Assembly: GCF_009914755.1 (NCBI RefSeq)
Contig: NC_060940.1
Length of the DNA stretch: 64,000 nucleotides
DNA from: the human T2T-CHM13v2.0 reference genome, Homo sapiens
Strand: one strand, 5' to 3'
Shown: in pieces, positions 27,067 through 40,994 of the stretch
Layout: every line of letters starts with the position of its first letter
Numbering within the stretch: the stretch's first letter is position 1
Made by a program: the position numbers and the translations under genes
The notes under the pieces: model-generated
Database searches by the model: none
The model's input: the letters and a program-made list of their open reading frames with translations, nothing else
Told to the model about the DNA's origin: nothing

Positions 27067-29474
27067 AACACCTAGACTAGAACCAAGTGCTTCAAAAGGG
27101 TTGGCCTGAACACCTGCACTGCTGGTGAGGCTCGTCTCTTATGTTCTCCTATGGCAACTCCTTACCTGTCTCAATCTTTGCATTGACAACACTGTGTGAC
27201 AGTCTTCTGGTACCCAGAGCCAGAGTGTGTGTCTTATTTCCTGAGTAAGAACTCAGGGCCTAGCTTGTAAATTGCTGTATAAACACATCCCTGAATGTTT
27301 TCCTTTTCCTCTGTCTTCCTTGGCCGTCTGAGAAGTCCTGAACACCTTCAGCCTCAGGCTGGGAGAAGAGGACTCCCAGACTCTAACAGGAACACGAGTT
27401 TTGCTCCAGGAACTATCCTGGGGGAAGGGGCTGGTGCTTTTCACAATCCATGCAGAGAGCTGTGAGTTGCGTCTAAGCAAAATGGTAAACGGGAAACATA
27501 GGTCTTCAAACCAGTGATTTATTTTGTATCAGAAACGCATTTACCTGGCCTATTTTGCTGAACTGAAAAACCTCAGGTTCACTTAGTAAAACTCAATCTG
27601 AATATTTCTATCCTTTATTTCCATACAGATTAGCTTCATACGGCCTCGAGTATAAACACCACAGATTGGCTCGTGGGTTCTATGGGGAGAAAGAGGCGGC
27701 AGCGTCAAGAGGAGATCATCGCTATTTTAAGTTTCTTCATGGTTCAGCAGGCGGCTGCTAAGAGTTCTAAAGGAGCAAACAAAATGAGAAAAGTTTATTG
27801 ATTAGTTTACAAATAACTGTTGTGTAAGAAAAGATACTGAATGGCATGCTGGTTTACTGGTGGCATGCTTTTTCAGGCCCCTTTCATTGTATGGCCTCGG
27901 GAGCCAGCCTCAAGGGGAAGATGAAAGAAGCAAAGCAAATTCTTTGGATAAAGAAGGGTTTGCACCAGTTAAAAAAATAAATAAGTGGGACCATTTATTT
28001 ATTGTTGTTTTGGAAGTAGACCAATATATTCCTACTCTTCTTCATCTCTTCATGAAAAAAAAAAATCTCTTTACACAACTGTTTTCTCCCCTGGTCAACA
28101 CAATAATGCTTTAGACATTGGATTCCATGACACAGGTAACAAGCTTCGATATGGCCCCATCCACTTACAAGTCATTCACTGAGCGGTGTTTAGAAAAGGA
28201 GCAAAAGCATCAAATCTGTGCTTTTTCCTGAACTTCTATCTGAAAGATCCTGACCTAGAGGCAGAAAGGTCACTTCAGGTGAGGGAGTTGTACCTGGAAA
28301 AAACAAGCATGGAAACAATAGCAGGACTTCCACCCAAGCTCTGCCTTGCTTCCTCTTTGTGGGACCTTGGCTGATTATTTCACTTCTCTAGGGTCAACCC
28401 CGTCATTCTGGGGAAGGCTTGTGGGGGTGTTCACCAAAATGAAGGGTACACAAGCCTAGGACGCAGTAAGTGCTTGAGCAGTGCCACTGTTAGCCACTCT
28501 GATGATTAGTTAAGTGAAATGCCTAGTGAGATACAGGAAGTGGTGAGACAGGGGCTGAGATGGGAGCCGGGCACACAGTGAGGGGCCTTCTGAACCTTGC
28601 CAAGGAGTTTGGCCTGGCATCCACAGACTTGCATACAAAATAAGTAAAAAAAAAAAAAAAGTGAGATGATTTAAAGGAAAATATTAAGTAAGTAATTGTT
28701 TAGGAGCAGAACCAATAAACAAAAATCACAAGGGAAGCAATAACATGACAAAAGCTTGGGAAAGACAATGGTTGAATATGAAGCCTGAATTAAAAGCCAT
28801 GTTCCCATAAATGGAAAGGCTGCAACTGTGTATCAAATCCTTTTCTCCCTTCTCCTCTCCCTCCCTGGAACTGCCTGTTCCAACCAATAACCAAAAAACC
28901 TAGTGCAGCCAAGGAGTCATGTGAACACAGCAAAAAGCAGCAGGAACCCAGACGTCTGGCCAGAGGGGTGGCCTCATGCCCCACAGCTGGGCAGGGGAGA
29001 GGATGGACAAAAGGTGCTAGAATTGCTCTTCTAGGCAGTAGTTACAGCATAAAAACAAGGCTATCTAGCACCAAACCAGACACTGGCTTTGGAGGATTAC
29101 AAACTTGAATTTGAGTCATTTAGTACCACAAGGGCGCCTGGATGAGGGCATGTAAACAGATCACTCTGACACAAAGACAAAGATATTTCCTCTAAGAGAA
29201 GGCCATGTGTACACAGACACAGGGATTTGTCCCTAGGTCATGTAGCAGAGGAAGGTTTAATGTTTGAATGAAGACAGCATGATGCAGCAGAGTATCAGAA
29301 AGACCTGAGTTCTAATGTCAGTTCTCTCTATATATTGCAAAAATAAGTGACTTTGAATCTTCATAGCAATGCTGGGAGGCAGAATTTATATTTTATCAAC
29401 ATTTTACAGATGGATAAAGGAGCAAAATACAGTAAGTAGTAGAATTGGCATGTATGATATTTACATATATAAAA

Positions 29475-30622
29475 ACAGCCCTGTTGACATTCAGGAAGGC
29501 TTGGAGGTCCACAACAGTGTTTGAATTGAGAACGCAAATGGATTTGTTCTTTGGTAATGACATATATATTCCATGGTGCAGAATAAATACAATGTGTGCT
29601 ATGTGCCAAAGACCACCCTGAAGAACATGATGACATCACCAATACGAAATCCCTGCTTCATGAAGCATATATTCTAGGGCCATGTCCAAAGGCTCAACGT
29701 GAAAAAGAACAGGTTACTCAGGAGGCTGGAACCCATCCAATGGGAGAGTTGTTGGTGATGAAGGCAGAGGTAGGCAGGGGCTTCAGGCTTGAAGGAAAAG
29801 ATAGGAAGTAGAATTTTATTTAAGAAAGAGAAGCCGTAGGAAGGCTCCAAGGAGAGGAAAATCATGCTCTGACGGGTTTTCTGGATGCTTTTAAAAAACA
29901 AAAAATATGTGGGGAGGGGGCAGCATGGAACAGGAGTATCAGTAAGGAGCTGCATCCAGGAAATAATTTCTTAGGTTGGGATGGTTACAACAAAAACTTT
30001 CAGGACAGGCTTCTTTTAAGAACCAGATAGTAAATATTCTGCGCAAAATCAAGGCCAAAAGGCAGCCTCAAGGCTATTAGGTACATATTTATATAATCAT
30101 TTCAAACCATCTGGTTAATAATAAATAAATAAATGCCATTCTTAGATCAAGGGCCATTAAGAAAGGGCCAAAAGAAAAAGCAAGCCGGCAACTGGCTGCA
30201 TTTGGCCCACTGGCTTTAGTTCGCAACCCCTGGTTGGAGATCAACAGGAGAAGAGATGGGGCCCTGGACAATGAATATGGCAATTGCATGCCTGGTAGAT
30301 CAGGGCTTGGAAAAAACATCATGCCTCACGATAGCTGGACTGTGTTTTTGGAAGTCCTTGTAGCTTAGCAGGACCAGGGGATTAACCGGATTGATGTATC
30401 AGAATGTGAGTATTTGGTTCTGGCCACTTTCTTCTGTTGGAGCCACCATTTGACATAAAGCAGATTTAAGATTTCATGGGAAGTGAGAGGCTCTCCCTTT
30501 ATATTTTTGGGCATGGAGCCACAGCCCTGTTGGCATTCAGGGAGGTTTGGAGTTCCAAAATGGTGTTTGGGTTGAGAATGCAAATGGATTTGTTCTTCGG
30601 TTATGACACGTACATTCCATGG
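29475..30622 (+). repeat. Dispersed 102-bp direct repeat (29475-29576 and 30521-30622)
   Basis: Ungapped hand alignment, 87/102 identical. Confidence 0.95.
30005..30232 (+). mobile_element. MER58B/C-like hAT MITE
   Basis: ccagatagtaaatatt...ccattcttagatcaagggcc...tttggcccactggctttagttcgcaacccctg. Confidence 0.65.
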
Positions 30623-30999
30623 CCCGGAAAAACCCAGAAAATTGACATTTATTGAAAGGGTGGGGAGAGGATGGAAGGGAGTGTGTACCAATTCTATTGC
30701 CATCTGATTTATCTACTGTGAGGTCGAAAGGCCTGTAACTACCACAAGTAAAAGCTGTTGCCTGGCTAGATCAGCAATAAGGAAATTAATCAGAGTTCTC
30801 TACACAGAAATATCTAATCCATAGGGATTAATATAGCACATAATCCACACCCATCTAATTTTTCTTCTAAAGTACACTGGACTAAAGTTATGAATTAGCT
30901 AACCTTTGTATGCTGGTCACCCTTTGCACATAAGAAGAATTTGGTATATGAATATAAAACACTGGCCACAGAGTCTCCTTCAACTTTAATCTGACAGTT

Positions 31000-31830
31000 T
31001 CCTATATATTATATTATACTATATTGCTAGTATTCATTGTTTCAAATCATATGTTATATATTATATATCACTTTTATACTATATATTCATATATATTCTA
31101 AATAAGTGTATATGATATTTATTATTTATAATACTTTTGTATATACATTTATGTCATAAAGACATGTTAAGTACAGAAAGTTTTGAAAATTTAATCAAGA
31201 TGGAAAATGTTCACTGAACTTCCATAACTACTGGTAATATTTTTATGTTTCATTCTAGTCTTTTACAGTTGGATTTTTTTCCAGAGTAGAGAGACCTTTT
31301 GTTGTTGTTAATGCAGCTTTGACCCTAAGGCTTTAAAAATTTTGTTTTCTGCTTTACCATTTAACCCAGCATTTTAGCACTAGGATCTTCTATAGTACTG
31401 AGGACTTCAAAAGATTTTCCAATAGCTGAATGCCCAGTACATTTACCACTTATAGACGAAACCAAATTGTATAGTTGGATTTGAAAAGTGCTTTCTGTAT
31501 TCCCTTATTATAAGTAATAATTTAGAAAACGTTTCTCTCTTCATAACTATCTTTTTTATTTCAGATTGCGTCTTTAGCTTAAACCTAGAAGGTCCAATGT
31601 CACAAGACTTTTAAGCCCAACTTCACGACAGAAAGCTTCCATTGATTTTTGCCACACTCATCATCAGTGGGTATACATCTCTCTCTACCTTCACAATCCT
31701 GGAATATGCATATGTTGAAGGAGGAATACTGTTAATTTCATCAGTGTAAAATTTTTATCCTTGTTTGTTAAATAAATGTATTTCTTCTACTGAATTGCTT
31801 TTTAAATTGACTTCACTTTTTTTACATAGC
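31000..31830 (-). mobile_element. AT-rich low complexity plus probable old L1M remnant
   Basis: Degenerate (TA)n at 31005-31150, then weak L1ME-like similarity. Confidence 0.4.
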
Positions 31831-32569
31831 TCTTAAAAAGGAGAGTTATTGCTTTTTCATATCTCCAAAGTTTGGGTGCTAATTAATCTGCACCTCTAAA
31901 AGTTAAAGTAAGTTACCCACAGGTTTTTTCTAGTCCTGAAAAGCAATTTATCTGCCTGTTTCAAATTATAACCACATCAATGATGATGATGATGATATTG
32001 TCCTTGGGCATATATGTGAAAGAAGCAACTCGTGAGAAGTGGGGCCAACTTGTTTTGGAGATTCCAGGACTTGTCTTTGGGCAAGTCTCCTTCCTGACAA
32101 CCCCCTCCCCAGTCTGTGGGGACAGATTCAGGCTTGTGTGGCACTTGAATACTCTCGATCTGCCCTTATGTAATAAGTGTTACTCATGTCCCAGTATGAG
32201 TCACCCAATCCCTCGCCCGGGGCATCTCCGCCAGGCTGTAGAGTTTCCCACCTGCCCTGATCCCTGTCTGAATAGAGATAGCATGACTCAGCGCCGGGGA
32301 AAGGGTGGTTCTCTCTGTCTAGCTGATGTCCTCAGCTCCAGGAAGCTCTGGGCTTGCGGCATGACAGCAGAGAGAAGGGCCACGCTGCTCACGTCAGCAG
32401 TGCCCCACTGAGGGGGCCCGATGCAGGAAGAGGCAGCCCAGAGGCCAGCCGGTCCCCACCACCCAGCTACCGGGTTTGGAGAGGAAACACAGAGCAGTGT
32501 CTATTTAGATCTTCAGCGAGGTTTCCTTTCTTTCTCCACGGTCTCACGGGCAGTCAGAAGGATATGAAT

Positions 32570-32817
32570 AATAATAACAACTGCTACTATTTTTTGAACA
32601 CTGAATGCTTGCATTTGGCAAGCATCGTGCAAGGTATTTTACACATGTTAACACATTTAATCATCACAACAAGACAATGAAGGAGCTCCTATCATTTTGC
32701 CCATATGAAAGATGCGAAAACTAAGGCCCTGAGGGAATAAGTCCAGTCCACATAGCTGGGTAAGACACAGATCTGGAATTGAAACTCGGTCTCCAGAGCT
32801 TTCTCTCTTAACCACTA
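32570..32817 (-). mobile_element. MIR SINE, near full length
   Basis: catttaatcatcacaac...cccatatgaaagatgcgaaaactaaggcc...tcttaaccacta. Confidence 0.8.
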
Positions 32818-32820
32818 GAC

Positions 32821-32984
32821 CAGTCTTTTCAAACTGTAAAGTGTACATGAATCACCCCGGGATCCTGTTAAAATGCAGATTCTGATTCAGCAGGTCTGGG
32901 ATGAGACCTGGGAGTCTGCATTTCTAGCAATCTCCCAGGTGAGGAAGATGCTACTGATCCACGCCCCACCTGTTGAGGAACATG
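32821..32984 (+). mobile_element. MER5A/B hAT MITE
   Basis: gttaaaatgcagattctgattcagcaggtctgggatgagacctgggagtctgcatttct. Confidence 0.88.
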
Positions 32985-33475
32985 GCTCTATATTATACTG
33001 CTTTCACACTATGCTTTGGACTAGTCTTTAGTGGGAAAATACTGTATTCACTTAACTCTTTCTTTATCCATTCATTGTCTATTTATACTTTCAGACAACA
33101 ACCACGGAATCCCCACCATGAGTCAAGCATGGAGAACATAGAGATGGACATGGCTCCCTCATAAACATGGAAAAAATCAGTTCAACAAGGAGACAAGACC
33201 CTCTATCACACACATATATAATTATAATTATACAGCAAGATAAGGCTGAAAACAGAGGGTTGTTCTGTGCATGGTGCATAAAGAAGAGGTGATCTTGCCA
33301 TTGAGTGAGAGAAAGTGCTCCAAAGCGTGGAGGGAGGAAGCCCAGGCATGATGTACCTCAAAGGTCTGGTCTCCTAAGAATAGTGAGATGTTCTCCTATT
33401 TGTAGCCCAGGATTCATGGTGGGTAGAAGGGGAGAAGAGGCTCTCAGGATAGACAAGAGACAGTCTCCTCGCTAG

Positions 33476-33791
33476 AGACCCCTCCCTTCCCATGCCCCCA
33501 TCCCGTGGCTATTTTTCTCCTTTTGTTTGTCTTATTCCTTCCACAAAGACTATTCTTACCCAAACACCAAACACCGCCCATAAGCTGGATCACTTCAAGA
33601 TCCAGTCCAAATGTCCTTCCTCCACATTTTCTCAGACCCCTCCCTTCCCATGCCCCCATCCCATGGCTATTTTTCTCCTTTTGCTTGTGTTATTCCTTCC
33701 ACAAAGACTATTCTTACCCAAACCCCAAACACTGCCCATAAGCTGGATCACTTCATGATCCAGTCCAAATGTCCTTTCTCCACATTTTCTC
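33476..33791 (+). repeat. Tandem duplication, 2 x 158 bp
   Basis: 33476-33633 versus 33634-33791: 151/158 identical with no gaps. Confidence 0.97.
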
Positions 33792-33839
33792 CAAAGCGCA
33801 CGACCTTCATATACATGAGAAGGAACTCTTGCCAGTGGC

Positions 33840-34040
33840 GGCTTATTCTGTGCCAGACACCTTGTTAAGGTTTTTGCATATGCTAAGTCATTTAACAGTC
33901 CAAATAACTCAGAAATATTGTAATTTTTTTATCTTATTTGGTAATGAGGAAAGTGGAAGCACCAACTTAAGAAACTTCTATCAGACCACCCAGCTCCAGT
34001 GCATGCTAGCTGGATTACAAGAGAGGCAGGTTCTTAACTG
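33840..34040 (-). mobile_element. MIR SINE
   Basis: gcttattctgtgccagacaccttgttaagg...aatgaggaaagtggaagc. Confidence 0.65.
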
Positions 34041-34321
34041 CTAAGCAGCAGGGCCCCATAGCCACTAAACCTCTCTATCGCCATTATCTCATTCACCCTC
34101 TTGAATACAAGAAGGCTTTGCTGAGTGCAAACATTTCTAAGTAGCTTGCAAGAGTCTTGACGACAATGCCCTGGGAAGAAAGAAGAGATTTGTGCAGCAG
34201 GAGCTTTGGGAGTAGGGAAATAACAGTGGAAAACTAAGCTGAAACAGCAGGTGGGATTAGGAAAGGAGCAATGATTCACACATTTACTGTGGCTGCACTT
34301 GAGGCCTTTCCAGATAGGGGC

Positions 34322-34734
34322 TGATATGGTTTGGGTCTGTGTCCCCACCCCAAATCTCATGTGGAATTGTAATCTCCAACGATGGAGGAGTGGCTAGAGG
34401 GGAGTTGATTGGCACATGGTGGTGTAGTTCTCATGAATGGTTTAGCACCATCTCACCTTGGTACTGCATAGTGAATGAGTTCTCAGGAGATCTCGGTGTT
34501 TAAAAGTGTGAGGCACCTCCCATCTGTCTCTTAGTCCTGCTCCTTCCATGTAAGACAGCCTGCTTCCCCTTTGCCTTCCACCATGAGTAAAATCCTCCTA
34601 AGAGCTCCCCAGAATCAGGTGCCGACATGCTTCCTGTGCAGCCTATGAAACCATGAGCCAATTAAACCTCTTTTCTTTATAAATTACCCAGTCTCTGGTA
34701 TTTCTTTCTATCTGTGCAAGAACGAACTAATACG
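34322..34734 (+). mobile_element. MaLR solo LTR, MSTA-like, full length
   Basis: tgatatggtttgggtctgtgtccccacc...aattaaacctcttttctttataaattacccagtctc...aactaatac; flanks ggggc/ggagc resemble a 5-bp TSD. Confidence 0.93.
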
Positions 34735-35092
34735 GGAGCCTAATGGAGTCAATATTGCAATGGCAAGTCCTAAAAAAATTATCATCAAAATGGCTCCTAA
34801 ACAGGGACCATCTGACGTGTTGCTGCAAGATGAGGCTGGCCACTTGTTATCAGTCAACAGGAAGGACTCAGTGCATTCCAGGCCCAAGAAACAGGCAGTC
34901 TCCTGCCGTGACCATTACCAGAGTGAACCCATGTCCTGAGTGAATGAACCGAAAGCGATGGGTCATTTGGTCCATGTTTAACACAGCAGAGTTCCTGACT
35001 CCCCCAGGCCAAGAAGAAACCACTAAGTTTTCCTGCATATCTGTGAACAACAAATCATATGACCGTTGACCCAAGTACAATGTATCCTAATA

Positions 35093-35279
35093 CAGTGTTT
35101 CTCAGAGTGAAGTCCCTGGACACACAGCATCAGCAGCTCCCGGGAACTTATTAAAATGCAAATTCTTGGGCCCTGCCCCAAGTCTACTCAATCAGAAACT
35201 CAGGGAGTAAGGCTCAGCAGCATGTGTTTTAACAAGCCCTCCAGGTGAGGCTGATGCACGTTCAAGTTTGAGAACCACT
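35093..35279 (+). mobile_element. MER5A hAT MITE, full length
   Basis: Terminal inverted repeats cagtgtttctca...tgagaaccact with internal aaatgcaaattcttgggcc. Confidence 0.92.
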
Positions 35280-35289
35280 TAATCATGAG

Positions 35290-35500
35290 ACTCTCGTGTC
35301 AGACACCTGAGGTTTAAATCCTGGTTTAGCTAGTTGGTAACTGTTCCCTTGCTTCTAGCTATTTAGGCTCTCTAAACATGTTTCCCTTCCTGTAAAAAGG
35401 AATACTATGTAATAATAGTCACAGGATTGCTGTGAGGGTTTACAGAGATAACCTGGGTAAAACATCTGGCAGGAAGCTTTGCACACAGCAGACAGTCAAG
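35290..35500 (+). mobile_element. MIR SINE
   Basis: cagacacctgaggtttaaatcctgg...ctgtaaaaagg...caggattgctgtgaggg. Confidence 0.65.
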
Positions 35501-36036
35501 GTTGGCCTTGATTTTGTCAAGGTCGGTCTTGATTTTGATGGCGGTGGTTTGGAAGATGCCTGCTTGTGCCTTTATGAAATGTGGCAGTTTAGAAAACCTC
35601 TCTAAAGGGGCTCTGCTAGGCCTCCAACAGCTTGTGCATTCTCCTTCAACCTCTTGTGGGGATCATGGTCTAACAATACTAAAGACAATAGTGCCAGCTT
35701 TTTAAAAAGGATGTTAGGATGGAAATGATAAGGAGCAAAGGTACCATCACTTGTAAAGGATTGAGAGCATGGCATGACCACTGGCTAAGTGGGGTGTAGA
35801 TGAGTTTTTGTATAATTGCTAAGGAGTTCTGATTTTTATTCTGTAGCAAGTCAGAGTATTTTTTCATGGTTGTGACTTTTTTTACTTGCCTAATTTTTAA
35901 ATTAGGAACATATTCAAACACTCTGACATAGAATAGAATCTCCACTGAATTATTTGAAATCAAATTTTAGGTATTCATTATTTAATCTCTAATTGTTTTA
36001 GGATTACTTTTAAAAGATAAGAACTTTACATTTTAA

Positions 36037-36396
<360 letters not shown>

Positions 36397-37306
36397 AAGG
36401 CAAATGTCTTTATTGAAAAACAGAGAGGCAGGAAGACTGACAAGATGTTAAGATACAACATGTAGCTGAGGACAGGTTCCTCACAGGTACAAGTGAAGAA
36501 AGCTTTCACAAGCACTCTCTGTGGTCAGAAAGATGGCTCATTTCACCCTTGTTAGTCCTCTCACGCTTATGGATAAAGAATCCAGAGTCGATCTGGGGAA
36601 GCTCTGCTTGCAGTTATAGCAAACTAGCCTATGGTAAACAAAAGCCTCGCCGAAAATGACCAGAAAACCTAAATACCATTAAAGAGCCATCAAGGTACCC
36701 CAAACAACAAGGGCTAAGATCTGCAAAAAAGAAAAATTAACTGAAGCTAGCACAGCTCTCTACTCACCATTTTCCTTTGGGGCATACACCAATTTGTAAG
36801 GATCCTGGGCAGAAAGAGTGAGAAGCCAAGTAGCGATAGATTTTTAAGAAACCAAGAAGATGAGCTGAGTTTCTGACAGGCTTACAGAGTGGAGGAGCGA
36901 GAAACTCAAGTTTAGACTTCTAAATAGTCAAGACTTGAGGGGCTAAAATCTTCAAAGGGAAGTAGAGGGATAAAAGTCTAACAGTCTGAGCTATGTATTC
37001 GCAGAAGGTGTTCACCAGTTCATAAGCTCTCTAGGCCAGGAGAAGGAATCACAGACAGTCGGCTAAAGAGACAGAATTTGCAGGTGTCTCATGGTCCTTA
37101 GGAGGTGAAATTTGGAGTTTAACTTCCAACAAAGAGATAGAGATGAGGTAAGCTCACCAGGCTCACCATCAGGACACTCTAAACAGAGAGTAGAGGAAAC
37201 AAACCAGATCTTTGCAAAGCTGAATTCCAGGCTTGAAACAGCTCAGTTTGACCCTAACTGCTTGCTGGAAGCTGAAGGCTCATCTAGGCCTTCTATAATT
37301 TTTTCA

Positions 37307-37620
37307 TTTTTCTTTTTTTTTTTTTTTTTTTTTTTTTGAGATAGAGTCTTGCTCTGTCACTCAGGCTAGAGTACAGTGACACAATCTCAGCTCACTACAA
37401 CCTCTGCCTCCCAGGTTCAAGCGATTCTCCTGCCTCAGCCTCTTGAGTAGCAGGGCTTACAGATGTGTGTCAACACACCCGGCTCATTTTTGTATTTTTA
37501 GTAGAGACAGGGTTTCTCTGTGTTGGCCAGGTTGGTCTCGAACTTCTGACCTCGAGTGATCCACCCACCTTAGGCCTCCCAAAATGCTGGGATTATAGCC
37601 ATAAGCCACCACACCCAGTC
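37307..37620 (-). mobile_element. Alu (AluS-like)
   Basis: Full Alu; TSD aggccttcYataattttt at 37286 and 37622. Confidence 0.97.
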
Positions 37621-37934
37621 AAGGCCTTCCATAATTTTTCATATCAATGTCTGTGCTCAGTGCTCAACAAAAAGTGACCAGGGCTAATAAGACACAGGAC
37701 TAAACAACAATTAAAAAAAAAAAAGGCTAACAAAAGAAACAGAACAGATGAGGCAAACACTGAAGTCAGGCACAGACTCTAAAATAATCAAAAGAAAGAA
37801 GATTTTGTAAAGGAATTGAAATATATGAAAAAAATGGAAATTTCAAGACTAAAAAATACATTAAGAACTCAGTGGTTGAGTTTACAGCAGTTGAGATGTA
37901 GAGGAAGAGAGCAACTGGGAGAAACTGGAAGTTA

Positions 37935-38300
<366 letters not shown>

Positions 38301-39797
38301 CTACCACATATGGAATTGGAGACAAAAATGGAAGAGAGAAAGAGGAGAAAAAGGGGAAAGAGGAAGGTGCAGAAGAAATATTTGAATAGAAAATAGCTAA
38401 GAATTTTCCAAAAGTGATGGAAAGTTTAAAGCCACAATATTTAAGAAAAACAAAAATCAGGACACCAGAATAGACCCACAAACCTAAGAAAGATAAATAC
38501 AAATATAAAGACATCTAGGCATATCACAGTAAAACTGCTAAAAGCCAAAGATAAAGAGAGCTAAATAAAATACCAGTGAATTAAATCCACCATCATAGTA
38601 AAAGGATTACACACCATGACCAAGTAGCAATTATTCCAAGATTATAAAACGGTGGTTCAACATATAAAATCTATCAATGTAACAAGACACTCAACAGAAT
38701 AAGGGGGAAAAAAAAAACACATGATTATCTCAATTGATGCACAAAAAGCATTTGACAAAAGCCAACAGCTATTCATGATGAAAACACTCAATAAACTAAC
38801 AACAGAAATGAATTTTCTGAACCTAATAGAGGCGATCTATGAAAACCCCACAGTTAACATCATACTTAAAAATGAAGAGTTTTCCTCCTGAATATACAAT
38901 AAAACTCTTTACATCAATAAAGGCTGGCAATTCAATATAAAAAATGGGCAAAACACCTGAACAGTCACTTTACAAAAAAAGACAAGCAAATGGACAATAT
39001 GCATGTGAAGGATACTCAACTCCATTAGTGATCTGCAAATGGCACCACAATGATATATAACAACAGGCCAACAGAAATTGTTAATATAAAACAAAATGTA
39101 ATAGACATTACCAAGTGTCTGCAAAGACTTGAAGCAATTAGAACTCACCTGCACTGTTCTACGGGAGAATAACTTGGTACAATCACATTGGAAAACTGGC
39201 AGTATCTCCTAAAGCCAAATGCATGTAACCTCTGTGATGGAGCCATTCTACTCTTGTGCGTAAGCCCCAAAGAAATGCATGTACCAAAAGACAATGATGA
39301 GAGCATTCATGAGATCATCACACAATGGTTAAGCTTGGAAAAAATCCAAATGTCCACCAAAAACAGAACAGATAATTACACTATGGTATATACTTTTAAA
39401 CAAATCACATATAATAGTGGGAATTAATAAATTACTGCTATACATGTTAGCATGGTTGAATTTCAATTACTAAGCAAAAAAATTCCAAGCAAATGGAAAA
39501 GAGCAGATCTGTTTAATAACGGTTACATAAATTTCAAAAACAGGCAACACTAGTCTATAATAATAGAAATTAGGGTGTGGTTACCACTGGGGATAAGAAT
39601 GTGGTAGTCACTGAACGGAGACACAGGGAGCTTCTAGAGAGTTAATAATTGTCTATTTTCTGACCAGGGTTGTGAGTCACATGGTTATATTATTTCAGTT
39701 AAAATTCTTTGAGCTATGCTTATGATTTGTACACTTTTCTGGGTATTTTCTATATATTTGCTATATTTCTATAAAACATTTTTGAAAATCAATCTGA

Positions 39798-40098
<301 letters not shown>

Positions 40099-40329
40099 GA
40101 AAATAAATCTGAGGTGACAGCAGTACGTATCTGCTGAATTTGCATAAAATAAAAAGATTTAAAAATGGTTCTGATCCACATGTGTCCACAACATGTGTCT
40201 GATGAAATAATGTGGACACCCCTAAAATTTTGCTCATATCCCATAAGTAGAAGATAACACAATTTCTCGAGTACTAATGACTGCCCCTGCTGGGTCAGCA
40301 GCCATGTGCCCAAAGAGCCCTGAGCCTAG

Positions 40330-40994
40330 ACATGGCCTGTTGTTTTCAATAGTCCCGGGGTATTGCATTTGGTCTGCCCTTTTGCTACATGGCTTGTCAT
40401 TGTCAATAGTCCTGGGGTGTTGCGTTTGGTCTGCCCCTTTGGTAAGTGACTCATGGTTTGGAAAAAAATTCTCAGTTGGAACCTTGAGGCTGGGCGAAAG
40501 GAATTCACAAGGTAAACAAATAAACACAGGAAATTAAATTTACTTCCCCCCCACCACCAAATTTGAAGTTGGTAAAAGGTATCAAAAAGGTAGCAGTGGT
40601 TCCCAAGGCAATGACAGAAAGTCAAAGAAGAGGGAAAGAGGAAACAGCCTTGCACACAGACCCAGGGTCAAAGACTGATATTTTAGGGAGAGAATAATAG
40701 TGACGATGAAAAAGAAAACAACAATTCAACAAGAACAGCTCCCATTTATTCAGCCCTGACTAGGGGAAGATATTATACTTGTTAAGTATCTGCATTTTCT
40801 TATTTAATTATCACATTGCCCCTTCTGAAGTGCTGTTGTCGCACCTACACAGATGAAAAAAAATGGAGGCATGTTCAGCAGACCCACATTCATGTCATCT
40901 GATTACCCCAATGCTTGCTGGAGCCAGAGAAGTGAAAAGAAATAGTCCTGGGGTGCTGCCATTTGGTCTGACCTTTTGTTAAGCGACTCGTGGT
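40330..40994 (+). repeat. 57-bp tandem pair (40330-40443) plus a dispersed third partial copy (40941-40994)
   Basis: Tandem units are 48/57 identical; the third copy is about 46/54 identical to 40405-40457. Confidence 0.92.

Noticed and set aside
31980-32411. Longest ORF (143 aa, starting MMMMM)
   Set aside because: It starts in an (ATG)n triplet repeat and has no recognisable domain; the length is plausible by chance in locally GC-rich DNA.
38566-38890. Reverse transcriptase motif as an active or novel RT system
   Set aside because: It is a short, disrupted fragment of ordinary L1 ORF2.
40330-40994. Repeated units as a CRISPR-like array
   Set aside because: Eukaryotic context, only 2-3 diverged copies, no regular spacers and no cas genes.
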